Shown in pieces: positions 50,338-53,091 of a stretch of 53,091 nt of DNA (position 1 is the first letter of the stretch; the number at the start of each line of letters is the position of its first letter). Where the stretch lies: positions 1-53,091 of the forward strand of contig DBGAZC010000075.1 in NCBI GenBank assembly GCA_048472015.1. Direction: 5' to 3'. A model generated the notes under the pieces. The model was not told the DNA's origin, did no database searches, and saw nothing but the letters and a program-made list of their open reading frames with translations. This DNA comes from Collinsella sp. (GTDB lineage Bacteria > Actinomycetota > Coriobacteriia > Coriobacteriales > Coriobacteriaceae). The position numbers were made by a program, and so were the translations under genes.

Positions 50338-51054
50338 TTAGCGCTTCTTCTTGTTCTTCTTCTGCTTGCGCTGCTTGCCCTTGGTCTCCTGGGGCTTGTC
50401 GCCCTGCTTGGCCTCGGCGGCGGCCTTTTCAGCCTTCATCTTCTTGCGTTTGGTCTCGATGCGGAGTTTTTTGTTGATGCGCGCCTTAAGGAAGGTGCCA
50501 AACTGCTCGGCATCGCCGCGAATAAAGGTTTCCTTAGGGATCGTCACGCCCTGGTCGGCGAACATGGCCACAAAGATGCGCTCGCCGTCGAGCACGTGGT
50601 CGAGCTTCTCAAACGGGAAAAACTGCGACTTGCCGCTCTTGCCCCAAACCATCAGGCCGTCCTCGTTGGCGGCGACGCGGCGATAGCGGCCACCCATGGA
50701 CTCGTCGGCCTCGACGGCGTCGATAAAGTCGCGGGCGAGGGTGTGGTGCAGGTTTTTGCTCCACCAGGCCAAAAAGGCGCCGAACACGATCAACACGACG
50801 CCAAACTTGATCCAGTTGCCGCCGGCCACCAGCATGCCGATGCCGATGAGCGCGGCAATTGCCGCGGCGACATACAGCGAGCCGCGACGCCTGGGCGAGG
50901 CGACCAGGCGGGCGAAGTCGGTGACCAGGTCGTTTTCGTACTGGTACTCGTTGAGGTACAGGATGCCGTCATCGGCTGCGGCCTGCTCCTCGAGCGCGAC
51001 CTCGACCTGGTCGGCTGCTTCGGAGGGAACGAGGTTGCTCTCTGCGTCTGCCAT
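50338..51054 (-). CDS. YcxB-like membrane protein with basic tail
   Basis: Two TM helices, C-terminal IPKETF motif, Lys-rich end. Confidence 0.7.
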   Translation of the reverse strand: MADAESNLVPSEAADQVEVALEEQAAADDGILYLNEYQYENDLVTDFARLVASPRRRGSLYVAAAIAALIGIGMLVAGGNWIKFGVVLIVFGAFLAWWSKNLHHTLARDFIDAVEADESMGGRYRRVAANEDGLMVWGKSGKSQFFPFEKLDHVLDGERIFVAMFADQGVTIPKETFIRGDAEQFGTFLKARINKKLRIETKRKKMKAEKAAAEAKQGDKPQETKGKQRKQKKNKKKR

Positions 51055-51169
51055 GCTCTTTGGACTCCTATCGCGGCGGGCTCGCCGTACGGGTTATTAT
51101 GAATGCAGTATGCCGTGCGACCGCATGGCCGTCGCGGCAACAAAACTCAGTATACCCGGGGGAGCACCC

Positions 51170-53091
51170 ATGGAATCGTTGTACCGAAAGTATCGCCCGC
51201 TCACCTTCGACTCCGTGGTGGGCCAGCAGCATATCGTCTCGACGCTCGAGCACGCCATCACCGAGGGACGCCTGTCCCACGCGTACCTGTTCTGCGGACC
51301 GCGCGGCACGGGCAAGACCACCATGGCGCGCATTCTGGCCAAGGCGCTGCTGTGCCGTAATGCCGAGGCAGCGCGCGCCGAGGGTGCAAGCGGCTGCATG
51401 CCCGACGGTACTTGCGAGGAGTGCGAGCTCATTGCCGAGGGCAACCACCCGGATGTCTACGAGCTCGATGCCGCAAGCCGCACGGGCGTGGACAATGTGC
51501 GCGAGGAGATCATCAACTCCGTCAACTTTGCCCCGGTGCGCGGCAAGTACAAGATCTATATCATCGACGAGGTCCACATGCTCACGACGGCGGCGTTCAA
51601 CGCGCTGCTCAAGACGCTTGAAGAGCCGCCGGCACACGTGATCTTTGTGCTGTGCACCACCGACCCGCAAAAGATTCTGGAGACCATCCTCTCACGCTGC
51701 CAGCGTTTCGATTTCCATCGCATCGGCAACGAGGATATCGAGCATCGCCTGGCATACGTGTGCGAGCAGGAGGGCTTCGATTACGACGACGAGGCGCTGG
51801 CTATCGTGGCGCGCCATGCAAAGGGCGGCATGCGCGACGCGTTGTCCACGCTGGAGCAGCTGAGCGTCTTTGGCAACGGTTCTGTGCATGCGGACGACGC
51901 CCGCTCGCTTTTAGGCGAGGTTTCGGACCAGATTCTGGGCGAGTTTTCCCGCGCCATTGCCGATCGCGATGTTGCCGAGCTGTATGGGCTTATTCGCGCG
52001 CAGGTCGAGGAAGGTAACGATCTGCTGGAGCTGACGCGCGACCTGGTGGCGCACGTGCGCGACGTGTATGTTGCCTGCGTTACCGGTGCCCGTGCCGAGT
52101 TGTTTGAGGGCGGCTCCGAGCAGGCCGAGGCGCTTGCTGCCGAGGCCGCTGCCTTTGGCGAGCATCCTGCCGACCGCCTGGCTCGTGTGCTGACAGTGCT
52201 CGACGATGCCGCACTGGAGATGAGGGGCGCGAGCGACGTGCGCCTGGTGCTCGAGATTGCCTGCACGCGTCTGGCGCGTCCCGAGGCTGATTTAACGATT
52301 GAGGCATTGGCCGAGCGCGTGGCACGCCTGGAGGCCATGGTTGCCAACGCCGCCGTGCCGGCGAGCGTGGCTGCTGCTCAGGCCGCCGCGCCTGCAGCAT
52401 CCGTACCCGCTGCTGCCCACCAGCCGACGCTCATTTCGGGCGCCCGCGCTGCCGCCCCGGCGGCATCCGCTGCCCCCGCTGCTACGTCCGCGCGCCAGGG
52501 CGGTATGCCTTGGGACCGTGGTGCTGCTGTTCCGGCTGCCCAGCCTTCGCCCCGTTCTGCGTCCGTGTCAGCTTCCAAGCCTGCAGCGCCTGCACCTCAG
52601 CCTGCGCCTGCACCTCAGCCTGCGCCGGCTCCGACGCCTCAGCCCGTTGCGGCCCCCGCGCCTGCCATAGCTCCGGCACCTAAGCCCCAGTCCAACAATG
52701 CCGCCCAGGTTGCCGTCGCCGGTGCTGCCGAGACGCCCGCGGTCGAGGATGCCGGAGAGCTGCAGCGCAAATGGGCCGAGGTTGTCGAGCGTGTCAAGGC
52801 ACGTCAGGCTTCCTACGCAGGGCTTTTGCTCAACGCCCGCGCCACGGCCGACGACGGCTCCAAGCTCACGGTCTCGTTCCCCGCGGGTTCGACTTTTGCC
52901 ATTAAGATGCTCGGTCGCGCCGATACGCAGTCGGTGGTCCTGCCGACGGTCTGCGCGGTCTTCGGTCGTCGTACCGTCGACTATGTCCTGGATGGGGGTG
53001 GCACGCCGGCTCCTCAACATGAGGAGCATTCTCCATCTGCACGGGCTGCGGCATCTGCGGACCCGCAACCCGTGTCCTCGGCGGCCCCTGT
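51170..53091 (+). CDS. dnaX: DNA polymerase III subunit gamma/tau (truncated by the window end; absent from the ORF track)
   Basis: MESLYRKYRP, HAYLFCGPRGTGKT, ELDAAS, IIDEVHML, NALLKTLEEPP, SRC; GGAG RBS. Confidence 0.97.
   Translation, partial: MESLYRKYRPLTFDSVVGQQHIVSTLEHAITEGRLSHAYLFCGPRGTGKTTMARILAKALLCRNAEAARAEGASGCMPDGTCEECELIAEGNHPDVYELDAASRTGVDNVREEIINSVNFAPVRGKYKIYIIDEVHMLTTAAFNALLKTLEEPPAHVIFVLCTTDPQKILETILSRCQRFDFHRIGNEDIEHRLAYVCEQEGFDYDDEALAIVARHAKGGMRDALSTLEQLSVFGNGSVHADDARSLLGEVSDQILGEFSRAIADRDVAELYGLIRAQVEEGNDLLELTRDLVAHVRDVYVACVTGARAELFEGGSEQAEALAAEAAAFGEHPADRLARVLTVLDDAALEMRGASDVRLVLEIACTRLARPEADLTIEALAERVARLEAMVANAAVPASVAAAQAAAPAASVPAAAHQPTLISGARAAAPAASAAPAATSARQGGMPWDRGAAVPAAQPSPRSASVSASKPAAPAPQPAPAPQPAPAPTPQPVAAPAPAIAPAPKPQSNNAAQVAVAGAAETPAVEDAGELQRKWAEVVERVKARQASYAGLLLNARATADDGSKLTVSFPAGSTFAIKMLGRADTQSVVLPTVCAVFGRRTVDYVLDGGGTPAPQHEEHSPSARAAASADPQPVSSAAP

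Noticed and set aside
51055..51169. SRP RNA (ffs), often found upstream of dnaX
   Set aside because: No SRP domain IV motif is visible and the gap is a short divergent promoter region.
52586..52626. 18-bp tandem repeat in dnaX and a possible gamma/tau frameshift site
   Set aside because: It encodes the ordinary APAPQP linker; no A-AAA-AAG or poly-A slippery site was seen in the available sequence.

Overview
High-GC actinobacterial chromosome window; gene content suggests Coriobacteriia, probably Collinsella (inference). Order: dnaK-grpE-dnaJ-hspR operon, YbhJ-type hydratase, a small repeat-bounded gene, clpB, an AAA+/DUF4143-type ATPase, a divergent TetR/DUF5692-like/large Fe-S flavoprotein module with an orphan hypA, and the mannose PTS manLMNO. 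Next come tRNA-Arg(CCT) and a ~15 kb accessory sugar region: an alcohol dehydrogenase pseudogene, gene remnants, a second mannose-family PTS with a GH32 hydrolase and LevR-like regulator, and a fructoselysine (frl) locus. The window ends with a minus-strand Ser/Thr kinase signalling/cell-wall operon and the 5' part of dnaX. Most notable: (1) five regularly spaced palindromic units with variable 19-nt loops flanking a single gene, bounded by inverted AGGGGACAG tags; (2) a duplication with reciprocal loss that reordered the PTS/GH32/LevR operon; (3) a LevR-like activator lacking GAFTGA and a canonical Walker B; (4) a non-canonical candidate HspR operator shared by dnaK and clpB; (5) the uncharacterised TetR-linked Fe-S flavoprotein/membrane protein module. 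All assignments come from motif recognition by eye; no searches were run.
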